A stretch of 60,568 nt of DNA, the filler included, from Globobulimina sp. (taxonomy: Eukaryota), in assembly GCA_003354225.1 (NCBI GenBank). It is 17 parts of 17 records of this genome, joined end to end, with 100 filler letters (N's around TTAATTAATTAA, not from the genome) between each part and the next. Parts side by side here need not be neighbours in the genome. Positions count along the whole stretch, not along the records: positions 46,406 to 49,871 come from PIVH01002726.1; positions 49,972 to 53,437 come from PIVH01002727.1; positions 53,538 to 57,003 come from PIVH01002728.1; positions 57,104 to 60,568 come from PIVH01002729.1; 13 more parts are not named here. The stretch is one strand, 5' to 3'. Below, one piece after another: positions 47,474 to 57,992 of the stretch. The notes below the pieces were generated by a model that saw only the letters and a program-made list of their open reading frames with translations, was not told the origin of the DNA and did not search any database. Both the position numbers and the translations under genes were made by a program. How positions within the stretch are numbered: the first letter of the stretch is position 1; every line of letters begins with the position of its first letter.

Positions 47474-49138
47474 TTATGTTTTTGACATAGTAATTAATCG
47501 ATTTGTCATTAACAACTCAGAATACCAAACATCAGTATCCTCATTTTGTTGCTCTTCTGTAACAAAATCAAATTTTTTAACAATGCAACGAATATGCCGT
47601 GGCGGTTGAATTGGAAATGGATTATATTTCATTAATCTCAAAATGCTTGGATTGTTTTCCTGTAATAACTGTATAACTTTCTTAAACCATTCCGGTGGTC
47701 GGTAATAATTACAATTATAATCCAAATATCTTTTCCAATATAAGGGTAAAAACCATATTCTCCAATCCAATCTCGGTACGTGCAAGATAACCAACTGTGG
47801 CTTATCTGTAATTAACGATGGCTTATACACAAAATGATATGTTTTCCATTCAACCAAATCATCACTGCCTTCAACAATAAACTCATATCTTTCCGTGTTC
47901 ATACTGCCGAATTTTGCGTATTTATTTCCGAACTTATACCTCCGCAATTTTCTGCTGACACGCGTGATATCGTCAGTTACCGGCAGCGGATATTGAGAAG
48001 TTTCAGTCAATGGCTGCCATGAACCGACCACGTACAAACAAATCATAACACAGGATATTGGAATGGTTATCCATTCATAGAAAAACCAATGTGTGCCACC
48101 ATTTAAATATTGCTGTTTGATATTATGAGCAACATTGAGCAGAAACTGTGGCAACACACTGTCGTCCAACAGCGACATGGTTTCAGTCATCATCAACTGA
48201 CCAATATAGCCGAAATTGCCAGACATATTAATTACTAATATCAGCCATTGGAATCCAATGAAAGCGACATAGCGAGACCAGGATGGACCAAACACGCCAA
48301 AACATAGCGGTCCTTCAATAAATAAAGTGCCAAACACAGAGAGTTTATGTTGGTAAATGGGTAAATGATGGAAAAAGAAAGAGAATATATTTGGCAGTGG
48401 CTGGGTGATATAATGTCGATTCATTGCTGTCAATTGTTTCCAGGATGCCGCGCCAAACCATTTACACATTCCGCAGCCAAGCATTATGCGAAAGGCTAAC
48501 CATCGATATACGAATATGGCAATAAATGGATATCGGAAATGCGTAAAACTGCAGCAGAACATTAACAGATTTAACTCTACCATTTCAGAATCATTTTGTA
48601 GCATTAAAAAATCACCGGAAACACCAATATATGAGTTGTATAAAATAGCATTGGTCATATAGCAGGTTGCTAATATAAATATGGAGTATGAATAAAAAGG
48701 TAATAAACACATGACAAAGCCTGAAAGAATGCCAATAATACCTACGATTCGAATAAATGTTGGGGAGGAAGATAACCAAAATATTGAAGGTTTGAGCATG
48801 AATTTAGAGAAAAAAGAAGCATTTTCATCAATGTTATAACGTAATGGCCATTGGCTAATCAGTGTATGTGCTGGACAGACACCGTCGGGTAATATTAATC
48901 CGAGCTGAACATACCATGATGTAAACGATACAATATTTAATAATCCAATCATGAATTCAATCAACATTAACGTTGCATCGCATGGTTCGAATAAATCATT
49001 AATTGACAATGACACAAAGTAACTTAATACATTATCCGTAAGCAATATGTACAAAAATACAATGATAGGGACATTGAGGGATGGATACTCCGCCAACAAA
49101 TCACGTAATATCATCTGTGGCTCTTTGAACAATGACAT
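47474..49138 (-). CDS. Lipase maturation factor family protein
   Basis: RWLAFRIMLGCG..K, W..LTAM..HY.TQPLPN, SGNFG, RYEFIVEGSDD..W..Y.F.YKP and PRLDW..WF. Confidence 0.92.
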   Translation of the reverse strand: MSLFKEPQMILRDLLAEYPSLNVPIIVFLYILLTDNVLSYFVSLSINDLFEPCDATLMLIEFMIGLLNIVSFTSWYVQLGLILPDGVCPAHTLISQWPLRYNIDENASFFSKFMLKPSIFWLSSSPTFIRIVGIIGILSGFVMCLLPFYSYSIFILATCYMTNAILYNSYIGVSGDFLMLQNDSEMVELNLLMFCCSFTHFRYPFIAIFVYRWLAFRIMLGCGMCKWFGAASWKQLTAMNRHYITQPLPNIFSFFFHHLPIYQHKLSVFGTLFIEGPLCFGVFGPSWSRYVAFIGFQWLILVINMSGNFGYIGQLMMTETMSLLDDSVLPQFLLNVAHNIKQQYLNGGTHWFFYEWITIPISCVMICLYVVGSWQPLTETSQYPLPVTDDITRVSRKLRRYKFGNKYAKFGSMNTERYEFIVEGSDDLVEWKTYHFVYKPSLITDKPQLVILHVPRLDWRIWFLPLYWKRYLDYNCNYYRPPEWFKKVIQLLQENNPSILRLMKYNPFPIQPPRHIRCIVKKFDFVTEEQQNEDTDVWYSELLMTNRLITMSKT

Positions 49139-49242
49139 GATAAGTTTGAAGTGTCTGAAAAACCGTTTACAACTGAACTGATGGCGTGACAATAAAGCCA
49201 AGGCGATGCAAATTCAAAACATGTTAAAAGAAAAGAAAAATG

Positions 49243-49798
49243 TCAGCAACTCATTCGCTTTGCAGCAACCTGACGTAAGCCATCCCACCATATCCAGGCC
49301 CACCATATCCTAAGCCATAAGTGAGTTTCCAACTTTATCAAATAAGCCTGGTGATATTCTTTCAGGCAGCCGACAAATAAAACATATAAACCCAAAACCA
49401 TTCAATAAGAAAAACTTTACACTCACACTGAAAAAAATTGAATATTCATCCTCTGTCGCAAACACAAATAACCAATGAAATGGTATTATGATTGCTCCAA
49501 AGCCACCAAACATTGCTAATGTGAGTGCTTTGCATTTAAAACCTGTCATTTTAGGCCATATAAAAAACATCGGTGTCAACACAAACAATAGAAATCCAAA
49601 TACAATTCCAAAGTATGTATATTGTATAATTGGATAACATTCAAATCCAACATAAATACATGATAAAAATGAACAAATCATTAACAATAAGACTCCACTC
49701 CAATCAACGGATAAATAATAATCATGCAAATGTGGATCGCAACACCGACCACAATGATAATATGACGATAAAAAACACATAATAAATATTGAAATCAA
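49243..49798 (-). pseudogene. PAQR/haemolysin-III family membrane protein, partial, frameshifted near C-terminus
   Basis: SSYYH, DWSGV and RLPERISPGLFDKVGNS. The expected HxxxH motif is missing and a PAQR-like tail (AWIWWDGLRQVAAKRMSC*) lies in another frame. Confidence 0.75.
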
Positions 49799-50205
49799 AT
49801 TTATGTTACAATAGTGGTACTATGGTACAAAAGTGGATTTCTTTTTTGCCATGATACAGAACTATTCTGCANNNNNNNNNNNNNNNNNNNNNNNNNNNNN
49901 NNNNNNNNNNNNNNNTTAATTAATTAANNNNNNNNNNNNNNNNNNNNNNNNNNNNNNNNNNNNNNNNNNNNAGAGTCAGTTGTCAAATATATGTACGCAT
50001 TTAGTTGTTTTTTTCGTGTCACTACTATTGATATAATATGGCTTTTTGCTGCGCGGATTAGTATATGTACTTTTATAAATCAGTATAATTAATGAATTAA
50101 TAAATTAATAATCGGTCACGCACAAACATAATAAAAAAAAAATAACGAAAAAAAAAGTACTATAATTAGAATATTAAACTATTTGTATGATGTTACTTTT
50201 ACAAT

Positions 50206-52130
50206 TCATGCAAATTCAATTAACTCCTCATCACTTTCACCACTAGTACTTGAATATACATTTTTTTTATTTTTCTTTCCGCCACAATACATACAACATA
50301 CAAAACACGCAACAGCCACAACAACCATCACCGCAAATATTGCATTCAATACCTGTACCATACTTCCATTCGCTTCAAATTTTAATGTCTCCCTAATTCC
50401 CTCCACCACCGTCAATAACCTTCTGTTTCCAGGTAAATTATGCAATTTAGTACAAGAACCTTTATGGCAAAAACAGCTTTTCTTACAACATTCCTCATCA
50501 TTACTACAGCGAAAACCAGGTTTTATACAACAGCCCATATCGCCATCACCCGTACTGCCTTTGTATTTGCTCGAACATGCAACTCCAAAATGTGCCGGAT
50601 TCACACCACCAACGCAACAATCTTCTGTGTCGTCACATTCTTCACCGATAAAACATTTACCATCATCACTATCGTCACTATCACCATCATCACTATATTT
50701 GCGATGTTTAATTTGTTTGCCAGCTGGATATTCTCCCATAGCATTGCCGCCTGTATCAACCCCATTGCATGATTTATCATTATCTTCCACTGTATATAGT
50801 GTAACCATTCCAGCAGCAATATGGTCAAACACATGGCAATGATACAGCCAAACCCCTGGCATATCAACAGTCATTGTCACAGTATATGTGGTACCAGCTA
50901 TCAACACCAACGTATCGGTGTTATCACCTAATGAATCTACTGCGATACTTCCATGCCTATATATATACAAACAGAGAAGTTTGCAAATTATATGCACACA
51001 TAAACGTTGCTAATGTTGCAATTATACTGTATACGATTTAGCTTTGCAACATGCTTCAAATACAAACAGAAACACCTAACCAGTGAGGACTGTGTGGACC
51101 GTCCACCTCATTTCCAAGAGAACACGTATACCATCTCACACTTTCACATTTCTCCATCGATAAAGTATCTAAATTGCCGAATAAATATCCATTGATTGCG
51201 TGCATTTTATTCGATTCAATGAAACCTTCATCTTCAAGCAAGTCCGCATCATCACCGTCAGATATCATTGCTAAATTATCCTCAAACAACATCGACCGAC
51301 TTTCTTCATATAATACCATAAAAGTTGTAAACTCTCTGTCGACATCCTTTGGCATTAAATTAGTTTTACTGGTTTCCATCCCTTTTTTTGTTACAATAAT
51401 CGCGCCAAATAAGCCGGTATAAATATCCTTGATGGCATTAACGTGGCTGTGATATAGCCACATTTTCGAACTTAAATTCTCATCGACCATATTGTTTCTG
51501 GCATACCAAATATAAATCCATTTCCCTCCATCCTCTGCAACAACATCACCGCCTGTCACTCCGTCATCGTCTAAATATGGAGCGCCTTCACTTAATTTAT
51601 CATACGCTACGCCATGGCCATGTAATGAGGTTGGGAAAGAGCACATATTTTTGTAATATATTTTAATTTTCTCACCAGTTAAGGCTCGGAAGTTCGGTCC
51701 TAATGAACCTAAATGTTCATCTGCTTCGCTCCGTTTCTGGGTTTTGAAACAAGCATTTGTATATTCGCGATATAGCGCTTTCCAATATGTGGCACCAATT
51801 CTGTCTACGCCATTGCCCCATAGCCACGTCGCTTCATGTGAGGTGTTGGTGACATTCTTACCTGCGATCAAATGGTATTCAGATGTACAAATATGGTGTT
51901 TTTACTTATTACGTACAAATATGGAGTGTGTATATTGTTACTCACGGACCTGAATATACATTCTTTGCATATGGCGCGTAATTCCATTGTACTTCAACAC
52001 ATGCTACGTAATATACACGCTCTGCATATACATCGTAGTTAACATTGCTTTTGAACTTGTAATCGCAGTTTGCACTTGCATATAATGCGGTGATTTGATA
52101 CAATGAGAGCAACAGTAAAGTTAACGCCAT
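50206..52130 (-). CDS. Two-domain ceruloplasmin/hephaestin-like multicopper oxidase with Cys-rich region and C-terminal TM, two introns
   Basis: Signal peptide; RVYYVACVEVQWNYAP, LHGHG, WLYHSHV, HSPHW|HG and WLYHCHVFDHIAAGM. Introns 51949..51862 and 51080..50957. Confidence 0.92.
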
Positions 52131-52365
52131 GTTATTATTGTTATACAAATATAAACTGAAGGAAGTTTTTTTTTTGTTGAAATATCCTTGCATTCAGAAT
52201 TAAAATCAACTTCAAAACTCAAAATAGTATATGCCAAACACAACAAAATATATATAAATCAAAAAAAATAATGAAAAAAGCTCACCAAAAGACACAACAA
52301 CAAAAAGTAACGAATTGAGAAACAACAAGCAAAAAATCTACGCGTTGATGACAACAACAATACAC

Positions 52366-53304
52366 TCACCAATTACCATGGATATCTTTGCACTTTCTCG
52401 TTTTTATAACCTCAGAGCCATCGAACTCATCAGCATGTTTACACCATATTTGGTCATGTTTTTTCCATTCATGATGACATTCCGTACATTCTCTTTTAAC
52501 AACATTCATATCATCACAATACGTATGGTTATGATTACAGACTCTACACCGATGCATTACAAATCTTTTAACCACTTCATATTTCCTCAAATTATGATCA
52601 ATAAATATGGTATGATGCCTTATTTGTGTCTCACAGCGAAGAACAACGTTATACGCATTGCTAAAATCGTATTTATTCACTTCTTTCTTATAATTATATT
52701 CATACGAATTGTCCACTTCGTGTTCGATAAATAATGTCGAAATATCATAATTGCGACAGATTTGACATCGCCAATGTTTCTTTCGCCCTTTATTCGTGTT
52801 CCAATCTTGTTTATATTCCAATAACTCGGATTTTATGCCGTCTATTTTTTTAATTCTATTTCCAATGAATTCCAACCGTTTGGCCGCCCATAATTTTTGT
52901 GCAGTAAATTGTTGCTTTGGCGAATGGGCAAATAAACATTTTTGTGTATCATAAGCATAAGATGGCACTGTGACTTTTGGGGTTTTATCTTTTTGGTTTG
53001 TGTATAAACTCTGTTGCCAATTATATGCATATGACAGCATTAGATTTACTGTGCTTTGTGAAGTTAATTTAAATATATATTCTCTTAACCAGTATGATAT
53101 GATGTATGTGCATTGTTTTGTCATTACTTTCTCGTATTCATTCAAATTATTTATTTCATTTCTCCAATGTTCTTCTTCACTTTGGCATAATTTAAGAATT
53201 CTGTCCAATGCCTTGTCGCGTTTGTTCCATCCTGTTATTACATGTTGCAATTTACTGTCTGGTTGAAATGAAGGTTGTGCAGCGTAAGAATTGCAGTTAC
53301 CCAT
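52366..53304 (-). CDS. Hypothetical protein with myristoylation-like N-terminus and Cys/His-rich C-terminus
   Basis: MGNCNS start; several CxxC pairs (CQIC, CRVC, CTEC). Confidence 0.55.
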   Translation of the reverse strand: MGNCNSYAAQPSFQPDSKLQHVITGWNKRDKALDRILKLCQSEEEHWRNEINNLNEYEKVMTKQCTYIISYWLREYIFKLTSQSTVNLMLSYAYNWQQSLYTNQKDKTPKVTVPSYAYDTQKCLFAHSPKQQFTAQKLWAAKRLEFIGNRIKKIDGIKSELLEYKQDWNTNKGRKKHWRCQICRNYDISTLFIEHEVDNSYEYNYKKEVNKYDFSNAYNVVLRCETQIRHHTIFIDHNLRKYEVVKRFVMHRCRVCNHNHTYCDDMNVVKRECTECHHEWKKHDQIWCKHADEFDGSEVIKTRKCKDIHGNW

Positions 53305-53537
53305 TGTAGTAAAACTGTTTTTTTTCAAAGCTTAAAAGTTTTCAAATCATGAAATGATGGGAAAGGTGCAGTGAACTATGAGCTCTCTTACCAAACAAAT
53401 CGATACCTGTCTCAAAAGATATTACAAATACAAAAATNNNNNNNNNNNNNNNNNNNNNNNNNNNNNNNNNNNNNNNNNNNNTTAATTAATTAANNNNNNN
53501 NNNNNNNNNNNNNNNNNNNNNNNNNNNNNNNNNNNNN

Positions 53538-54835
53538 TAACGAAGGGAATAGTTTTTAAATAGGTCATTTGTCAGATGGTCAAAGCCCGACTCAAAGGGT
53601 TCATTAATAAACCTGATGTTGCAATATTTAGTAAAATGAGATAAGTTCTTATCAATTGTTTGTTTCCTGATAAATTCCAATTGATTTCGAGTCGGTCGCA
53701 ATAACGAATCAGTAACATCTGGTATGACCAGCGTAGGATGAATATTAAAACAATGATTTTTTATATTTTCATTTGTTTTGATGTATTTAAAATAGTTATC
53801 CAATGGATATAAATTTAAGAAATTTTCATTATTTTTAGTCTTAGCATTTACTCGTTGCTTTATCACAGATTTTAGATCACTTCTTGACACATTTACATTT
53901 ATTAATAAATCAAAAGTGGAAACATTTTCGATGAAATGGATATAGCAAATGTACCAAAAGAGGCCTAGCTCATTTTTTATGTAATATTAATTAATTTAAT
54001 TCACTCTGCTTTGCTGATATTGGTTTATGCCAAGACCCAATGTGTACCACTCTGGCATCGCATGTTCGTACTTACAAAACAAATGTATATATCGGGGGTT
54101 GCTTAATAATATATCGTCTTCGAGTATTAACACTTTTGCGTAATTATGAAACAATGAATATTTCAGGATATCAATTTGTGTTTGCCGTAAAAAAAATACA
54201 TGTTTGTTATAGTATGCTGAATTTACGTATTTAACGTCTTTCATATCATCGTATATTCTTTGTGCATTTGCATTGATATTATGAGCGGAAACATTGTTAT
54301 CCAAATAACTATCGATGGTTTTATTTATATTGTTTTTAAATAGGTTCCATAACAACATTGAATATGAATTTTCTTCGTTGTGTCCCTCCCAAACTGTAAA
54401 ATGTATATTTTCAGCCTGTAATTGAAATAATGTCAGTGACAATGTCTTGACTCTCCCTTTTATGGATATTACGTAGATTTCATCAAATAGCTTATTTAAA
54501 CACGAACAATCTGGATATACATATTTGCCAAATCCAGATTGTCCATAAATTGATAACATGGATAGTTTACTCGTTGATGGATATTGTAATTTTAATTTAT
54601 TTTCCCATACAAATAAGTTTATAAAAGTCACAATTATTATGAGTACTAATAATATAAAATAATATTTTTTGATCCAAGCAACAGAATATCTTTCCAGCAG
54701 ATGTGAAACTGCCAATTTTTTATTTTTTGGAGATTTTGATCTTAGACAATGGGTCGAATGGCCATTTTTAACCCGTTTGATGTACTGATTGTGTCTATGT
54801 GTAGTCACTGTAGTGTGAGGTCTGCAAAGTGACAT
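53538..54835 (-). CDS. Type II membrane glycosyltransferase (GT25-like); 3' structure uncertain
   Basis: N-terminal TM, FDEIYVISI..R and VLILEDD. Downstream pieces GTFAISIS and PTLVIPDVTDS lie in separate frames. Confidence 0.65.
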
Positions 54836-54900
54836 GATTCGCTTACTTTATATATTTAATAAACAGATACTAAGTAGCTCTACCCACAAAACTGTATGAA

Positions 54901-55992
54901 ATGATCGACACGTTGATCGCAGTGTTTTTTACGTTTCAGGAATTATTGGCAGAGCCATATCCCATTTACGAAGCAAGTGGAAGTTATTATGAAGTGGGTG
55001 TTCAAATAGGACAGCAATCATCTGATAGAATTGTAACATTCATTGAAATGAACGCAGATATGGACACAATGAGGAGTTATATAAACACAATTGAAGGTGG
55101 TACTGAATTTGCACAATTAATAGAATATAATCAACAATATTATAGTAATTATTTTGAAGAATTACGTGGTATGTCACATGGTTCGGGAGTCAAATACGAA
55201 GATATTTTATTAATTAACTTTGAATATGAATTGGATGCATTAATGGCAATGAATAATTATTCAGAAACACATTTAATTGATAGTTGTTCTGATTTATTAG
55301 TATTTAATGAGGATATATTTATAGGTCATGGCCACAATGAAGATGATTGGAACGGTTCATTGAGCACAGCATATTTTACAAATATTACATATAAGACAAA
55401 AAATCAACAAAATAATATCTTTGGTTTCAGTTTTATGCCAGGAATATTGCCATCAACCTCGAGTCCTGCGATATCTTTAACGAACCACATTACATTAACT
55501 ATAAATTATTTATTCCCGTCCATTGTAACATCATTTGGCAGAGCAACGGCATTTATTTGTAGATCCATTTTGGAGGCAAATGATATAAATGAAGCAATAA
55601 ATATGGTTATAAATTATGGTGGAAATGTAAGTGTCGGCGCATCATTTAACATTGGTGAGTATGATGAGAATGGAAATGGATTAGTGAATGTTGAAAATTA
55701 TATGGATACATATTCCGTATTAAATATTGATAATCATAATTATTCATATCATTTTAATACATATCAAAGAATTGAAAATATTCAACAAATGGAAAGTATA
55801 ATGGCATCATCAAACAATCGGATGAATAGAACAATTGAAATGATAAATGATGATTACAATGGAACATTGACAACAAAAAATCAAGTTGTAACTGTTTTAG
55901 GTGATACACAAAATCAACAGTATCCAATTTGGAGATCTAGAACTGGCTATATTTCGACACTAATCACAAGCTTATATGATTTACAAAATTGA
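54901..55992 (+). CDS. Secreted peptidase C45 family (Ntn-hydrolase)
   Basis: Signal peptide; GSYYEVG.QIG, EELRGMS.G, catalytic CSD, GHNED and HFN.Y. Confidence 0.85.
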   Translation: MIDTLIAVFFTFQELLAEPYPIYEASGSYYEVGVQIGQQSSDRIVTFIEMNADMDTMRSYINTIEGGTEFAQLIEYNQQYYSNYFEELRGMSHGSGVKYEDILLINFEYELDALMAMNNYSETHLIDSCSDLLVFNEDIFIGHGHNEDDWNGSLSTAYFTNITYKTKNQQNNIFGFSFMPGILPSTSSPAISLTNHITLTINYLFPSIVTSFGRATAFICRSILEANDINEAINMVINYGGNVSVGASFNIGEYDENGNGLVNVENYMDTYSVLNIDNHNYSYHFNTYQRIENIQQMESIMASSNNRMNRTIEMINDDYNGTLTTKNQVVTVLGDTQNQQYPIWRSRTGYISTLITSLYDLQN

Positions 55993-56322
55993 AACGCATA
56001 TTTTTATCAATGTAATCCTAAAAACTGCACTCCATACATTACCATTCGTTTGTAACAGTATTGTGTCTAAAGTTTTTCTCATTTTTCTTTGGTTTGGAGT
56101 CATATGGCTCTTTTCGTAAAAACTTTACCTCTGAATTGAACTCTGTTTATGTTTCAAATAAATGCTGTTCTAAAGTATATGAAGATTACTGGTGGTTTCG
56201 AAACACCGTGCTTTTGCTCGGATAGAAGTTCTAACTGATGCAATATTAATGATGGCCTACAACAAACGTTCTGATGGCTATTATTTTCAATTTCATTTAA
56301 AAAACTTGGCTCACTGTGTAAA

Positions 56323-57003
56323 ATGTGCAAACTAGACGATCATATAGTTGATATATCATCATTTGTGGTAATTTTCGTTATTTGTGTGATGGGAATGATT
56401 GCAACTGGCTGGTGTTTGAGCTATTATTTGTTACGTTCATTACCTCAAATAAGCGCACGGAAACCAATAGCATCGATTTTATGTGGCACATCATGCATAT
56501 TATCAAACTATATGACATATCCACTCACCATCCTGCAGGGCAACGTAAGCATAATGCCGACAATATCGCACATTTCAGTGATTACAACCATACTGTCATG
56601 GTTTACGACTCTTGTCATATATCACTTATTTACATACCGTACATATATGGTTTATTACGACATTAAATTGACAAACAATGGCGATTACATGGTTAATAAT
56701 TGAAACTATTTCAATGTTATTAAATAATGGCAAACCAACCACAATGGGCAGAATAGCAATTTTGTTATGTAGTTTTATACCGATCACGATTGATATTATT
56801 GTTTATTTAAAATTCCCCAAATTTAATGATGTCTGGTATTTGGCAAAGGAATCTCTATGAATTTTAAGATTTGAATTGGTTGCCTTTCTTTTCCCCATTA
56901 AACAACATAGCATTCCATATCTAATATTGCCTTTTATCTCTGCTCTCTACGCATTGCTGTATGTTTATATCATAAATGGTTATGTCTTGAAAGTATTTAA
57001 GTT
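56323..57003 (+). pseudogene. Multi-pass membrane protein, broken into frames (pseudogene or assembly error)
   Basis: Consecutive hydrophobic ORFs 56323-56703 and 56678-56860, and further hydrophobic sequence beyond, without clear intron signals. Confidence 0.4.
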
Positions 57004-57103
57004 NNNNNNNNNNNNNNNNNNNNNNNNNNNNNNNNNNNNNNNNNNNNTTAATTAATTAANNNNNNNNNNNNNNNNNNNNNNNNNNNNNNNNNNNNNNNNN
57101 NNN

Positions 57104-57597
57104 ATGGTGCAGTTAATTTGATAGAAACAATCAGAAAAGATGTTGAACACAATAATGATAAGAATGTAACTAAAAAAAGGAAAGACAGTTTGTTGATATT
57201 GCTGAAAGATTTGAATCAGAAAGAAATGAATAGTTTAGATTCAGAATGGTGTGATGTGTCAAATGAAAGTAATGCAAACGCAATCATATCATTTATCGCG
57301 GTGGAATATAATAAGAAGGCCATAGATGAAATACCGAGTTGTATTGAAGCTTTGATTGGGCGATTTTATTTGGTAAAATGTGATTTTGTTGTCCCATATT
57401 TGAAAATGCAGTTAGATTTTGATGGGATGGTTATTGTGAATAAAAAGAAGATCTGTGCTTTCTGTCAAAATATCCAAATTAATATGCAAAGATGCAGTGG
57501 GTGTAAATATGTATTTTACTGCAACCGATTGTGTCAACAAAAAGACTGGAAACCAACTCATAAAACCATATGTGCTACAATCAAAAAAGTGATTTAA
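57104..57597 (+). CDS. MYND zinc-finger protein, 5'-truncated
   Basis: CAFC...RCSGCKYVFYCNRLCQQKDWKPTHKTIC. Confidence 0.9.
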
Positions 57598-57992
57598 ATG
57601 TTAGAACTCTTCAAAGTGATTTTATTCTTAGATTTAATATTTTATTTAGCTACGCTATTATAATATAGGTTAAATACCGGCTGTTCTAATTTCGACTATA
57701 CTGTAAATGCTGTTTCTATCTGACGGTATATCGTTGTCCATACCAATTACTTTTGCTTGGTTTGCAAGATACTCAACAAAAACTTCAACTAACAAACTCA
57801 CTCACTCCTCTTTCCAATTAACCAACCTCTTGTTTCCCTGATCAGATCAAAGCGCGGACCGTTGACTTATTAGTAAATTAAATCACAAACAGTTGCGTAT
57901 ATATATAAATAATAAATAATATATATGATTTAATAGGGACAGCATTTGTGTCTATAATATTGAATAACAAATTAAATTAAATATATTTGTAG

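Noticed and set aside
21872-55992. Genome-wide TGA reassignment suggested by two in-frame TGAs
   Set aside because: TGA ends clearly complete proteins (for example the Rho CaaX at 2823) and conserved Trp residues use TGG.
3473-57103. Regularly spaced TTAATTAATTAA units as a biological repeat or CRISPR-like array
   Set aside because: They are N-flanked artificial linkers between length-sorted contigs.
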